Shown one piece after another: positions 19,460 to 29,498 of a DNA stretch of 64,000 nucleotides. Position 1 is the stretch's first letter; the number at the start of each line of letters is the position of its first letter. Made by a program: the position numbers and the translations under genes. Where the stretch lies: contig CAWHMT010000002.1 in assembly GCA_963830455.1 (NCBI GenBank), positions 879,569 to 943,568 on the forward strand, written 5' to 3'. The notes under the pieces were generated by a model, which saw nothing but the letters and a program-made list of their open reading frames with translations, did no database searches and was not told where the DNA came from. The DNA comes from an uncultured Gemmatimonadales bacterium. Its GTDB lineage: Bacteria; Gemmatimonadota; Gemmatimonadetes; Gemmatimonadales; GWC2-71-9.

Positions 19460-22237
19460 CGGCCGAAGAGCTCGCGGCGCGCGTCGCGGTCGTCGGCGCA
19501 TCGCCTGATCTTCGCGCGCTCCTCGACCAGCTGCGCCGGCGGGCTCGACCTGTGCTCGACCGGATGCCGCCGGTGCCGGAGCACAAGGCGTTGCTGTCGA
19601 TGGATGGTGGCGTATGTCCCGAGGACGCCTCGCTGCTGGTGTTCGATCCCTGGAGTCCCGACGCGCACCGCTGCCCCCGCTGTGGGAAGACGTGGCGCGG
19701 CGAACGACACGACCGGAACTGGGCGCGGTTTCAGCATCTGTGGCTTGCCGAGCGGGCCGCCCACCTCGCGGTGCTGGCGGGGCTCGGTGAGGCGGGTGAT
19801 CGCGCCGCGGCGCAGCGCGCACGCGAGATCCTGACGGCGTACGCGGAGCGGTATTGGCGCTTTCCCAATCGCGACAACGTGCTGGGTCCGAGCCGGCTGT
19901 TTTTTTCCACCTACATCGAATCGATCTGGACCTGCAACTATCTCGCCGCGGCGCAGATGCTGCGTGCCGCTGGCTTGCTGGACCCGTCCGCCGAGCAAGC
20001 CGTGAATCAGGTGGTCGAAGAGGCGGCGACGATCATCGGGGATTACGACGAAGGATTTTCGAACCGGCAGACGTGGAACAACGCCGCGCTCGCGGCAGTC
20101 GCCGTCTGGTTCGAGGACGAAGATCTGGCACAGCGGGCGGTCGAAGGTGACACCGGGCTCATCGCGCATCTGCTGCGCGGCTTCGGCCGCGACGGCATGT
20201 GGTACGAGGGCGAGAACTATCACATGTTCGCGCTGCGTGGTCTCTTGATCGGCGCCGGGTGGGCCCGGCTCGCCGGGGTGGATTTCAGCGGTGACGAGCG
20301 CCTCGCCACCCGTCTCCGCGACGCACTGCGCGCGCCGACGCTCACCGCATTGCCCGATTTCACCTGTCCCGCGCGCAAGGATGCGCGGTTCGGTATCTCG
20401 CTGGCGCAGCCCGCGTACCTCGAGCTGTGGGAGGTCGGACTCGCACGGCTCTCACCCCCCGAGACCGCGGGATGGCTCCAGGCACTCTATCGGGATGCGC
20501 CGCCGCCCGTTCTGGAGTTGTTCGAGTTCTACCTGCACGATGCACCGCTCGCGGGTACCGCGACGCCCGTGTCGCGAGCGTCGCTCTCCTGGTGGTCGCT
20601 GCTGGAAATGGGGCCCGTGCTGGAGACCCCCGCGGAAGACCAACAGTGGCGGCCCGGGAGTGTCCTGCTGGAGAGCCAGGGTCTCGCCGTGCTTCGCCAT
20701 GACGGGCGCTACGCCAGCCTGGAAGCCGGGCCGACCGGCGGAGGTCATGGCCATCCGGATCACTTGCACCTCACGTTGTATGCGGGCGGTGTGCACTGGC
20801 TGCCCGACGCCGGCACGGGTCGCTACGTCACGCGCGACCTCTTCTGGTATCGCTCGACGCTGGCGCACAATGCACCGCGCGTGGATGGTGAGTCGCAGCC
20901 ACCGGGCCATGCGAGCTGCGAGTGCTTCGACGTGCAAGACAATTGGGCCTGGGTGCGCGGCCGCTTCGACACCCTGAATCGAATGGTGGCGGCAGGACCG
21001 GCCTACATCGTGGATGTCGTGGACCTGACGGCGCGCGAGGACCATCTGCTGGAGCTCCCGTGGCACATCGCCGGACGGGGGGGGGGGTCGGTGGAGACGC
21101 CCGGTCGCTGGGTGAGCGACGAGCTCGCCGAGGAATTCGTGACGCGCGTTCAACGGTTCGTCCCGGACGCGTCCGGACCAATCGTGCTGACGCACATTCA
21201 GAATCGCGCGCGGCTCACGGTGCACCTCGTATGCGACGGCGCGCTGTTGGAGATGGAAGGCCCCGGACTCCCCGGACACCACGACCGTCTGCCGTTCTAC
21301 GTCGTGCGCGCGCGCGGGCGCAACGTCCGCATCGTGACCGTGCTGGAGCCGCACAATGGCGACCCCGTCGTCCGGGGCGTGCAGACGCGCGGCGATACGG
21401 TTGAGGTGACGACGTCTGCTGGGGTGGAACGCCACCGGTTCAGCGGCAGCGACTGGACGATCGAGCAAGAGGGGCAGCCGCCGCTCGTGTTGCGAGGCGC
21501 GCGCGAGCCGCGACCGCCGTTCGTGCCGCTGCTGCAAATCGATCCGCCGGCACCCGCTGCGGCGCCGGCGTTTCGGGTCGGCGGCGCACCACCACTCGAC
21601 GGCTCGCTGGATGGATTCGAGTTGTCCGAGCCGCTGCAGCTCGGGCTGGAGGACCAGTACCGGCGCAGCGAGGACGCCTATCCCGGCCCCGACGATCTCT
21701 CGGCGACGGCATACGCGGCCTGGGACGAACGCGCGCTCTATCTCGCGGTCGCGATCACCAAGCCGGAGGTGTGCCTGCGCCCGAGCGGCGCGCCGGCTCT
21801 CAAGCTCGATAACGATCCTGACGACATTCACTCCGATGGGCTGCAGGTCTACGTCGCGCCGCTCGCGAATCCCTCGACACAAAACGGTGGCGGAGTGGGG
21901 GGGGCCACCGGTTATTTGATCGTGCCGGACCAGGCGGGCCACGGCGTGCGCGTGCAACCGACGAGCGATACGCGCAGCCGCGCAAACCAGGCAGTCGCCG
22001 GCGGATGGCGGCGCACCGCCGACCGGGTATTGCGTGACCGTGGCGATCCCGTGGCCCGAGGGCGTCTATCCGCACGCCGGCGCGCGCGTTTCGTTCGATC
22101 TCATCGTCAACGAGCTGTTGCCCGGACGGCTGCGCCGCGTCGGGCAGCTCGTGTGGAGTGGCGGCGGCGGCTGGGTGTGGCTGCGCGGTGATCGACAGGA
22201 CCCGTCGCGCTTCGGGGTTCTGGAGCTGGTCGGATGA
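19453..22237 (+). CDS. Heparinase II/III-like (alginate/oligosaccharide lyase-type) protein with C-terminal CBM9/DOMON-like domain; frameshift near 22021
   Basis: 'SNRQTWNN', 'DGMWYEGENYH', 'GHGHPD', 'STLAHN'; 'AAWDERALYLAV...DGLQVY'; last ~70 aa continue in ORF 22034-22237. Confidence 0.78.
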
Positions 22238-22992
22238 TTGTCGTCGTGCTGCACGAGCCGCAGGATCTCGTCAACATCGCGCACGTGGTGCGGGGCATGA
22301 AAAACTTCGGGCTGCGCGATCTCCGGCTCGTGAATCCACGCGAGTACGAAGCCCATCGCGTCGAGGGGATCGCGCATCAGACGCAGGATGTCCTCGCCCG
22401 CGTGCGGACGTTTGCGACGCTCGAGGAGGCCCTAGCGGACTGCATCCATGTTGTGGGACTGACGGCTCGCGGACGCACGGCCAAGCGCAATCTCCAGCGT
22501 CCGCGCGAGGCCGCCGCCGAAATTCTCGCGCTCGATGCCGGTCGGGGGGGCTCACAACCGGTGGCGCTGGTGTTCGGCCGTGAGGACAAAGGGCTGTCCA
22601 ACGAGGCGCTCGACCGCTGCAACCGCGTCGTGACGATCCCCAGCGATTCGTCCTATCCCTCGCTGAATCTGGCGCACGCCGTGATCATCATGCTGTACGA
22701 GCTGGCGCTCGCGCGCGGCGCGGAAGAGCGCGCGTTCAAGGCGCCCCGGCGGGCGTCGGAGCCGGTGACTGCCGAAGAGCTCGAGCGGCTGTTCGTGGAC
22801 GTCGCGCGCGCGCTCCAGGCGATTGATTTCTTCAAAACCCGCAATGCGGATGGCGTGATGCGCACGATGCGCGAGATCGCGCATCGGGCTCCGCTGGACG
22901 CCCGCGAGGCGAAGCTGCTTCGCGCAATGGCGATCGAGGTGACGAAATACGGTGAGCGACTGGCGCGTTCCGGGCTTCACGTCGACCGGTAG
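22234..22992 (+). CDS. trmJ: SPOUT RNA methyltransferase, TrmJ/LasT family
   Basis: 'VVLHEPQ..NIA.VVRGMKNFG', 'VFGREDKGLSNE', 'SLNLAHAV'. Confidence 0.85.
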   Translation: MIVVVLHEPQDLVNIAHVVRGMKNFGLRDLRLVNPREYEAHRVEGIAHQTQDVLARVRTFATLEEALADCIHVVGLTARGRTAKRNLQRPREAAAEILALDAGRGGSQPVALVFGREDKGLSNEALDRCNRVVTIPSDSSYPSLNLAHAVIIMLYELALARGAEERAFKAPRRASEPVTAEELERLFVDVARALQAIDFFKTRNADGVMRTMREIAHRAPLDAREAKLLRAMAIEVTKYGERLARSGLHVDR

Positions 22993-24121
22993 CAAGCGGC
23001 CGGAGGCCCTCTTCGGCCCCGGCGGGGAAGGGGGGGGGCCCGCGCGCATGACGCGGGCCTCAGGCTGCCGCGTGTGGGACGACGGCGGCCGCGAGTACGT
23101 CGACTACATCATGGCCTTGGGTGCCGTGGCGCTCGGCTACGGCCATCCCGCCGTGAATCGCGCCGCCGAAGCGGCGATTGCCGCCGGCGTGGTCGGGCCG
23201 CTGCCGCCCGTCGCCGAAGAGGAGCTCGCCGAAGCGCTGGCCGAGCGCATCCCGTGGCTCGAGCGCATCCGCTTCCTCAAGACCGGGGCGGAAGCGGTGG
23301 CCGCGGCGGTGCGCTTGGCGCGCGTCGCCACCGGCCGTGACGCCGTGCTCGGCTGCGGCTACCACGGCTGGCTCGACTGGTGTCAGGGGGCAACGGAAGG
23401 GGTCCCGGCCGCCACGCGCGGGCTGTTTGCCGAGCTGCCGTTCAACGACGTCGCAGGCGGGCGGGAGCTGATTCGCCAGCGCGGGACCACGCTCGCCGCG
23501 GTTGTGGTCGAACCGGTCATCGTGAACGAGCCCACCCGGGAATGGCTGCAGATGCTCCGGGTCGAGACGCAGCGCGTCGGCGCCGTCCTGATCTTCGATG
23601 AAATCAAGACTGCATTTCGACTGGCGATCGGCGGCGCGGTCGAGCGTTACGCAGTGGATCCCGCCCCGGACCTCGTCGTGATTGGGAAGGCGCTCGCGAA
23701 TGGGTTCCCGCTCGCGGCGGTGGGCGGGCGCGCCGACCTGATGTCGGGCACGAGCCGGACCTGGATTTCGTCGACGCTCGCCACGGAGGGTGTCGCGCTC
23801 GCGGCGGCGCGCGCGACCCTGGAGGTGTTCACGCGCGAGGACGTGTGCGGGCATCTGCATCGCGTGGGGACCAGGCTGCTGCACGGCCTGCACGAGTTGC
23901 AGCGCCGTCACGGCGCCGCGATCGCGGGCGTCGCCGGCATCGCGGAGATGTGCTTTCTCCATTGGGCCACCGACGATCTGGCGCATCGCCTGGTGCTGGC
24001 GGCCGCAGAGCGCGGGCTGCTGTTCAAACGCACCGCCTACAACTTCGTGTCCCTGGCGCACGACGAGGGTACGGTTGACCGTACCCTCGAGACCCTCGAT
24101 GCCGTGCTGCAGCAGGTCTAG
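22952..24121 (+). CDS. Class III PLP aminotransferase (GSA aminomutase-like)
   Basis: 'LGYGHP', 'KTGAEA', 'GYHGW', 'LIFDEIKTAFR', PLP Lys in 'GKALANGFP'. Confidence 0.88.
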   Translation: MSDWRVPGFTSTGSKRPEALFGPGGEGGGPARMTRASGCRVWDDGGREYVDYIMALGAVALGYGHPAVNRAAEAAIAAGVVGPLPPVAEEELAEALAERIPWLERIRFLKTGAEAVAAAVRLARVATGRDAVLGCGYHGWLDWCQGATEGVPAATRGLFAELPFNDVAGGRELIRQRGTTLAAVVVEPVIVNEPTREWLQMLRVETQRVGAVLIFDEIKTAFRLAIGGAVERYAVDPAPDLVVIGKALANGFPLAAVGGRADLMSGTSRTWISSTLATEGVALAAARATLEVFTREDVCGHLHRVGTRLLHGLHELQRRHGAAIAGVAGIAEMCFLHWATDDLAHRLVLAAAERGLLFKRTAYNFVSLAHDEGTVDRTLETLDAVLQQV

Positions 24122-24687
24122 AACGCCGTGACGATCGCTCCCGCGATCAGGAACACGACGATCCACGCGATGATCACGACGGCGGTGTAGCCCATCGCGC
24201 GGTCTTTCGGCACCTTCATCACGATCGGCAGCCCGATGTACAGCAGCACCAGGCTGTAGAGCGAGAACAGCAGGCTCACCAGGCCGAGCGCGGGCAGGAT
24301 CTGGAACACGCCGCCCACCCAGGCGGCCGTGCTGGCGTAGGCGGCGGCCTTGAGTGCCTGTACATCGTTGCGCTGGCCGCCGAAGCCTTCGGCGAGCAGG
24401 CTGATGATGCGAGACAGCACGAACACGCTGAGCAGAGCCAGCACGTACGCCGCCACACCGCTCGTAACCGCGGTCACAATCGGCACCTTGTTCGTGAGCG
24501 AGGTGAACGCCACGCGCCGGCCGAAGAGGATCATCCCGACCGTGGCCGCGATCGGGCCGATCGCGGCGAGCGGGATGATGTATTTGCCCCAGATCTCGCC
24601 GGGCTTGGTGAACTCGGTGTCGATCTCTTTCCACGTCACGCGCGGTGCGAGCAGGATGCCCTTCGCGCGATCGATCATCGTCTCCAT
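24118..24687 (-). CDS. Yip1 family membrane protein
   Basis: 'RAKGILLAP..TW.EI', five TM helices, 'LYIGLPIVMK'. Confidence 0.8.
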   Translation of the reverse strand: METMIDRAKGILLAPRVTWKEIDTEFTKPGEIWGKYIIPLAAIGPIAATVGMILFGRRVAFTSLTNKVPIVTAVTSGVAAYVLALLSVFVLSRIISLLAEGFGGQRNDVQALKAAAYASTAAWVGGVFQILPALGLVSLLFSLYSLVLLYIGLPIVMKVPKDRAMGYTAVVIIAWIVVFLIAGAIVTAF

Positions 24688-24766
24688 GAGATCCGTACCC
24701 CCCCTCAGGACGCCCCCAAGATAGGGGTGGGGCGGCGTCGCGCCAGCGTACCTGTAGATTGTTGAT

Positions 24767-25567
24767 ATGCTTGTCGATGTGCACGCGCACTTTCTGCACG
24801 CGCGCACCCCGCGCGCCGACTGGCGCGAGCGCAACGTGAGCCGTCTCACGGCAGGGGCGAAGATCGGCATCTCGGTCCACGTCGCGTCGATCCTCGGCAG
24901 CTGGGGACTGACCTCGCCGGTCTATTTCCCGTCCCCCCGCGACGTCACTGCCGGAAACGACGCCCTGCTCGCGTTGCAGCGCGAACAGCCCGATACGATT
25001 CGCGGATACGCGTGCGTCAATCCCAACTACACGGCGCACGCGCGCGCGGAAATCCTGCGCTGCCTCGATGCGGGCATGATCGGCATCAAGCTGGCCGCGA
25101 GCCGCCGGGCCGATGATCCCCTCCTCGATCCCATTGCCGAGCTCGCGCGGGAACGGCGCGTGCCCATTCTGCAGCACATCTGGCAGCACCGGCGCCGGGA
25201 TTGGCCGGGCCAGGAGGCGTCGGATGCGCTCGAGCTGTGCACGCTGGCGCACCGCCACCCCGACGTGGCGTTCATCCTCGCGCACATCGGCGGGGGCGGC
25301 GACTGGCTCCATTCGCTGCACGCCGTCACCCTGGTCCCCAACGTCTACGTCGATCTCTCGGGGAGCGGCGTGGACGGCGGCATGCTGGAAGCGTGCATCG
25401 AAAGCGTCGGCGTCGGACGGCTGCTGTGGGGAACTGATTTGACGATGGACACCGGCTGGGCCAAGCTGCGCTATCTCGAGACGCTGCTGTCCAAGGACGA
25501 GTTGGCGCAGGTCCGCTGGAAGAACGCCGCGCGCATCTTCCCGCCCGGCGCATTTCCCTCCGACTGA
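24767..25567 (+). CDS. Amidohydrolase family 2 (TIM barrel) protein
   Basis: 'DVHAH', 'GIKL', 'ILQH', 'AHIGGG', 'LWGTD'. Confidence 0.88.
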   Translation: MLVDVHAHFLHARTPRADWRERNVSRLTAGAKIGISVHVASILGSWGLTSPVYFPSPRDVTAGNDALLALQREQPDTIRGYACVNPNYTAHARAEILRCLDAGMIGIKLAASRRADDPLLDPIAELARERRVPILQHIWQHRRRDWPGQEASDALELCTLAHRHPDVAFILAHIGGGGDWLHSLHAVTLVPNVYVDLSGSGVDGGMLEACIESVGVGRLLWGTDLTMDTGWAKLRYLETLLSKDELAQVRWKNAARIFPPGAFPSD

Positions 25568-26337
25568 TGCGCATCGACTGCAACGCGTTCATCGGCGCCT
25601 ATCCTTGGCGGAAAGTCCCCTACACCTCGCCCGGCGAGATCCTCAAGGCGCTCGACCGCACCGAGATCGACGTCGCCTGGATTACGCATCTCCCCAGCGT
25701 GTTCTGGCGTGACCCGACGGAGGGCAATGCGTGGCTGTACGAGACCACGCGCAAGGAAAAGCGTTTCAGGCCGGTCCCGAGCGTGCATCCCGGCCTGGCG
25801 CATTGGGAGGACGTGCTCGCCGCCGCCGCCAACGCCGGCGCTCCGGCCGTCCGGTGCGATCCGCTGTACCTCGGGCTCGATCCGGCCGGTGGCGACATGC
25901 GCGTGCTTGCCGCCGCTTGTGGCGCCGCGCGCCTTCCCCTGATGCTGGCCGTGCGCCTCGAAGACAGTCGACAGCGCCATCCCAACGATCGCGCTGGAGA
26001 GCTGCCGGCCGCGGCGGTGCGCGCGTTGATCCGCAGCGATGCGGACGTGCGGCTGATCGTGACGCACGCCGACCGCGGATTCATCGAGGAAGTGCATTTC
26101 GGCTCGACCCCCGACGAGGCGCGCCGCATCTGGTGGGATATCTGCTGGATCTGGGGGCCGCCCGAGGACCACTTCGCGACGTTGCTCGACACCGTCGGGC
26201 TCGAGCGCTTCGTGTTCGGCACCGGGCAGCCGCTGCGGCTGCCGGAAAACAGCATCGCCAAGCTCGATCTGCTCGACCTCGCGCGCGAGCAACGCGATGC
26301 GATCGAGTCCAAGAACATCCAAGGATTGATGGCCTGA
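25567..26337 (+). CDS. Amidohydrolase-fold protein with degenerate metal site
   Basis: Same fold pattern but 'DCNAF' replaces HxH and 'FGTGQP' lacks the Asp. Confidence 0.75.
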   Translation: MRIDCNAFIGAYPWRKVPYTSPGEILKALDRTEIDVAWITHLPSVFWRDPTEGNAWLYETTRKEKRFRPVPSVHPGLAHWEDVLAAAANAGAPAVRCDPLYLGLDPAGGDMRVLAAACGAARLPLMLAVRLEDSRQRHPNDRAGELPAAAVRALIRSDADVRLIVTHADRGFIEEVHFGSTPDEARRIWWDICWIWGPPEDHFATLLDTVGLERFVFGTGQPLRLPENSIAKLDLLDLAREQRDAIESKNIQGLMA

Positions 26338-27200
26338 CGACTCCATACGGTTCGGGTCTTTATCCCGCGGTGCCCGTCCCGTTCCGTGGATCGACGATCG
26401 ACGCGGCCGCGCAACGCGCCTATGCCGCGTGGATGGCGCGTCAGGCGATCGCAGGCGTGGCCGTGTGGGCCCACACGGGTCGGGGACCGCACCTTACGAC
26501 CGATCAACGCGCGGTGGTGTTGGAGGCATGGCGCGCGGCATTGCCGGACAAGCGGATCATCGCGGGCGCAAACAGTCAGGAGATGGCGCGCGGGGCGCGG
26601 GAGGGCCGGGCGGACATGCTGCTCGCGTTCCCGACGCGAAAAGATCCTGTGGCATATCACGCTGCGCTCGGTGAGCATCTGCCCGTCATCGCGTTCTATC
26701 TCTACGAAGCGGCCGGCGGCGTCGACTATGACGACGAGACGCTGCGCGCCATTCTCTCGCTCCCGTGCGTCATCGGAATCAAGGTCGCCACCCTCGACTC
26801 CGTGATGACGTTCCAGCGCATCGCCGCGGTCGCGCGCGAATTCCCGGACAAGGCGTTGATCACCGGCGAGGACCGGTTCCTCGGCTACTCGATCATGATG
26901 GGAGCGACCGCGGCGCTGATCGGGATGGGTGCTGCGCTGACGGACATGCAAGCGGCGTTGCTGCGCGCGTGGGCCAATGGGGACACCCACGCCTTTCTAC
27001 GCCTCTCCACGCAGCTCGACGCCTTTGGCGCCGTGACCTTCACCGCTCCGATGGAAGGCTACATTCGACGCATGCTGTGGGCCCTCGCGGCCGATGGTGT
27101 CATTCCCGACGAAGCCTGTGACGATCCGTGGGGGCCCCCGCTTCCCGCGAGTGAGCGGGACGCGGTGCGGCGGTTTGTGCGTGAGGTGCGCGTACGGTAA
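26334..27200 (+). CDS. Dihydrodipicolinate synthase/N-acetylneuraminate lyase family protein (probable CTG start)
   Basis: 'GLYPAVPVPF', 'HTGRG', 'FYLYE', Schiff-base Lys 'IGIKVAT', 'ITGED'. Confidence 0.82.
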   Translation: MTTPYGSGLYPAVPVPFRGSTIDAAAQRAYAAWMARQAIAGVAVWAHTGRGPHLTTDQRAVVLEAWRAALPDKRIIAGANSQEMARGAREGRADMLLAFPTRKDPVAYHAALGEHLPVIAFYLYEAAGGVDYDDETLRAILSLPCVIGIKVATLDSVMTFQRIAAVAREFPDKALITGEDRFLGYSIMMGATAALIGMGAALTDMQAALLRAWANGDTHAFLRLSTQLDAFGAVTFTAPMEGYIRRMLWALAADGVIPDEACDDPWGPPLPASERDAVRRFVREVRVR

Positions 27201-28399
27201 CGCGCCGCTCGTTCCTCAAGACCAGTGCGGCAGTCGCGATCGGAGGAGGGGGAGGCCTGGTGTCGAGAGCTTCGCAACCGCACATCGTGGTCGTGGGCGC
27301 CGGCGCATTTGGCGGCTGGACCGCGCTGTACCTGCGGCGCCAGGGCGCGCGCGTCACCCTGCTCGACGCGTGGGGGCCCGGCAACAGCCGCTCGAGCTCC
27401 GGCGGTGAAACGCGCGTCATTCGCGCGACCTATGGCGACCGGCGAGTCTACACGCGCATGGCGGCGCGCGCGCTCACGCTCTGGAAGGAACACGAAACCC
27501 GCTGGCACCGGCAGCTGTACCATGGCATCGGCGTGCTCTGGCTCGTGGAAAGCGACGAGCAGTACGAGAAAGCGGCGCTGCCCATTCTGCGGAGCGAAAA
27601 CGTTCGCGTGGAAGAGCTGTCCGGCCCCGAGGTGTCACGGCGCTACCCGCAGATCAACTGCGATCGCGTGGGTTGGGCCATTTTCGAGCCGGACGGCGGC
27701 TATCTGACCGCGCGCCGTGCGTGCGCCGCGGTGCTCGAAGGCTTCCTCGCCGAGGGGGGCGAGTACCGGCAGCTGGCGGTCCAGCCGCCGGCTCCGAGCG
27801 GCGGCCAGCTGTCGAGCGTGACGCTCTCTGACGGCAGTCGGCTGACGGCTGACCGCTTTGTGTTCGCCTGCGGTCCGTGGCTCGGATCGCTGTTCCCGGA
27901 CGTGATCGGCGATCGTGTCCGCGCGACGCGCCAGGAAGTTTTCTTCTTTGGCACGCCGCCCGGTGATCAGCGCTTCACCGAAACCGCGCTCCCGGTGTGG
28001 GCCGATCACGGGACGACGTTCATGTACGGCATTCCCGGCAACGAATGGCGCGGCTTCAAAGTCGCCGACGATACGCGTGGACCGGTGGTCGATCCCACGA
28101 CGATGGAACGGGCGCCGACGCCGGCCGCGCTCCAGAGCGCCCGCGAGTACATCGCCTACCGCTTTCCGGGCTTGAAGGGCGCGCCCCTCCTCGAGGCGCG
28201 CGTGTGCCAATACGAGCAGTCGCCGGACGAGCACCTCATCATCGACCGTCATCCGGCAGCGGAGAATGCCTGGATCGTGGGGGGCGGATCGGGACACGGG
28301 TTCAAGCACGGCCCCGCGGTCGGGGAGCTGGTGGCGCGGCTGATTCTCACCGGCGCGGCGGCGGATGCGCAATTCAGACTTTCGCGCTTCGCTCGCTAA
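27197..28399 (+). CDS. FAD-dependent oxidoreductase, sarcosine oxidase/SolA/fructosyl-amine oxidase family (Tat motif upstream of GTG 27260)
   Basis: 'VVGAGAFGG', 'SSGGETRVIR', 'CQYEQSPD', 'GGSGHGFK'; in-frame 'TRRSFLK' at 27200-27220. Confidence 0.85.
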   Translation, partial: VTRRSFLKTSAAVAIGGGGGLVSRASQPHIVVVGAGAFGGWTALYLRRQGARVTLLDAWGPGNSRSSSGGETRVIRATYGDRRVYTRMAARALTLWKEHETRWHRQLYHGIGVLWLVESDEQYEKAALPILRSENVRVEELSGPEVSRRYPQINCDRVGWAIFEPDGGYLTARRACAAVLEGFLAEGGEYRQLAVQPPAPSGGQLSSVTLSDGSRLTADRFVFACGPWLGSLFPDVIGDRVRATRQEVFFFGTPPGDQRFTETALPVWADHGTTFMYGIPGNEWRGFKVADDTRGPVVDPTTMERAPTPAALQSAREYIAYRFPGLKGAPLLEARVCQYEQSPDEHLIIDRHPAAENAWIVGGGSGHGFKHGPAVGELVARLILTGAAADAQFRLSRFAR

Positions 28400-29498
28400 A
28401 GACTTTGAGCGGTTCAAGCGGGAGCTGCCGCGCGACTTCCCGGCGCACGTGCGCGACACCTATCGGATCAATCTGGCAGCGCGCTACCTCGGCGAGCCGC
28501 TGCCGCATCCCATCGGAAAGGGCTCCGGCCAGCTCTCGCTCAACGTCGGCCAGCTCGAGACCGACGCCGAAGCCGGTCTCGCGTTCGCCGTGCTGAAAAC
28601 GGTGATCGCGCAGGACCCGGCCGGAACGCAGTCGATGGCCGCGTGGGCGATTCACGAGAGCAAGATGAAGGTCGAGCGCCGCGGGGACGGGTGGACGGTA
28701 ACGTGGAAGGGCAGGGGCTGGGACCGCTCGTTCGAGGACTATCTCGCGCTGGTGCGCGCAGGTCGGGACCTCACGGCGAGCGGCGCGCTCCTTGCCGTGC
28801 CGTCGGTGAAATACCATCTCCCACGCCTCGATGAGCCCTTTCGCGACGAGGAATACGCGTTCACGACGCGGGCCCTCGCGAACGCCTGGGGCCGGTCGCC
28901 GCTGCTGCTCGAGAAGGATTTCTCGCCCACGCTCGCGGGCGACTCGCTGGCCGATGAGAGGGAGCAGATCCTGCGCTGGCTGCGCGAGGTGCCGCAACAC
29001 ATCCGCGCGCACGCCGAGGTGCGCCTGGCGATGAAACTGATGAACGCGCGCTTCGATGATGACTTTCAGCGCGAGATGATGGCGGCGGCGAGCGGCGCGG
29101 ACGCGCTGGTGGTGTTCAACAGGCTCTTCGACCCCAAGGCTGGAGTAGCGTACGGAGGGAGTGAGTTGAGCGACCGCAACCTTCGGGTGTTGGACAGGCC
29201 GTCCGACCGTCCGACCGTCCGACCGTCCCTCAGCGGCACCGGCAACGTCCATTCGGGTCGCATGATCGTCGAGTACGCTCGACGCGGCTGCTCGTCTGTG
29301 CAACTGCACACGTTCTTCCAGCTCCCGCTCGAGGAGTATCCGGCGACACACGGCTCACGTACCCAGCGCGCGCTCCACGCGCTGATCTTTGATCCGCGCG
29401 ATGGACTGATCGCCGTCATGCTCGAGCGCGAGGTGAATGGCGCCCTCGAGCGCCGGACCGGCGAGCTCCATTTTCTCGATCTATGCGCCGCCAACTGA
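28365..29498 (+). CDS. Putative FMN TIM-barrel protein, distant dihydroorotate/dihydropyrimidine dehydrogenase-like
   Basis: 'PIGKGSG', 'AVLKTV', 'LVVFN', 'SGTGNV.SG...EY...G.SSVQL.T'. Confidence 0.55.
   Translation: MRNSDFRASLAKDFERFKRELPRDFPAHVRDTYRINLAARYLGEPLPHPIGKGSGQLSLNVGQLETDAEAGLAFAVLKTVIAQDPAGTQSMAAWAIHESKMKVERRGDGWTVTWKGRGWDRSFEDYLALVRAGRDLTASGALLAVPSVKYHLPRLDEPFRDEEYAFTTRALANAWGRSPLLLEKDFSPTLAGDSLADEREQILRWLREVPQHIRAHAEVRLAMKLMNARFDDDFQREMMAAASGADALVVFNRLFDPKAGVAYGGSELSDRNLRVLDRPSDRPTVRPSLSGTGNVHSGRMIVEYARRGCSSVQLHTFFQLPLEEYPATHGSRTQRALHALIFDPRDGLIAVMLEREVNGALERRTGELHFLDLCAAN
29199..29228. repeat. Tandem octamer (CCGTCCGA)x3.75 inside CDS
   Basis: Read directly; encodes RPSDRPTVRPS. 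Confidence 0.9.

Noticed and set aside
22952-24121. Calling the aminotransferase hemL
   Set aside because: Shorter and divergent, with no hem context; only a family-level call is supported.
29199-29228. Short repeats as a possible CRISPR array
   Set aside because: Units are 7-8 nt, tandem, with no spacers and no cas genes.
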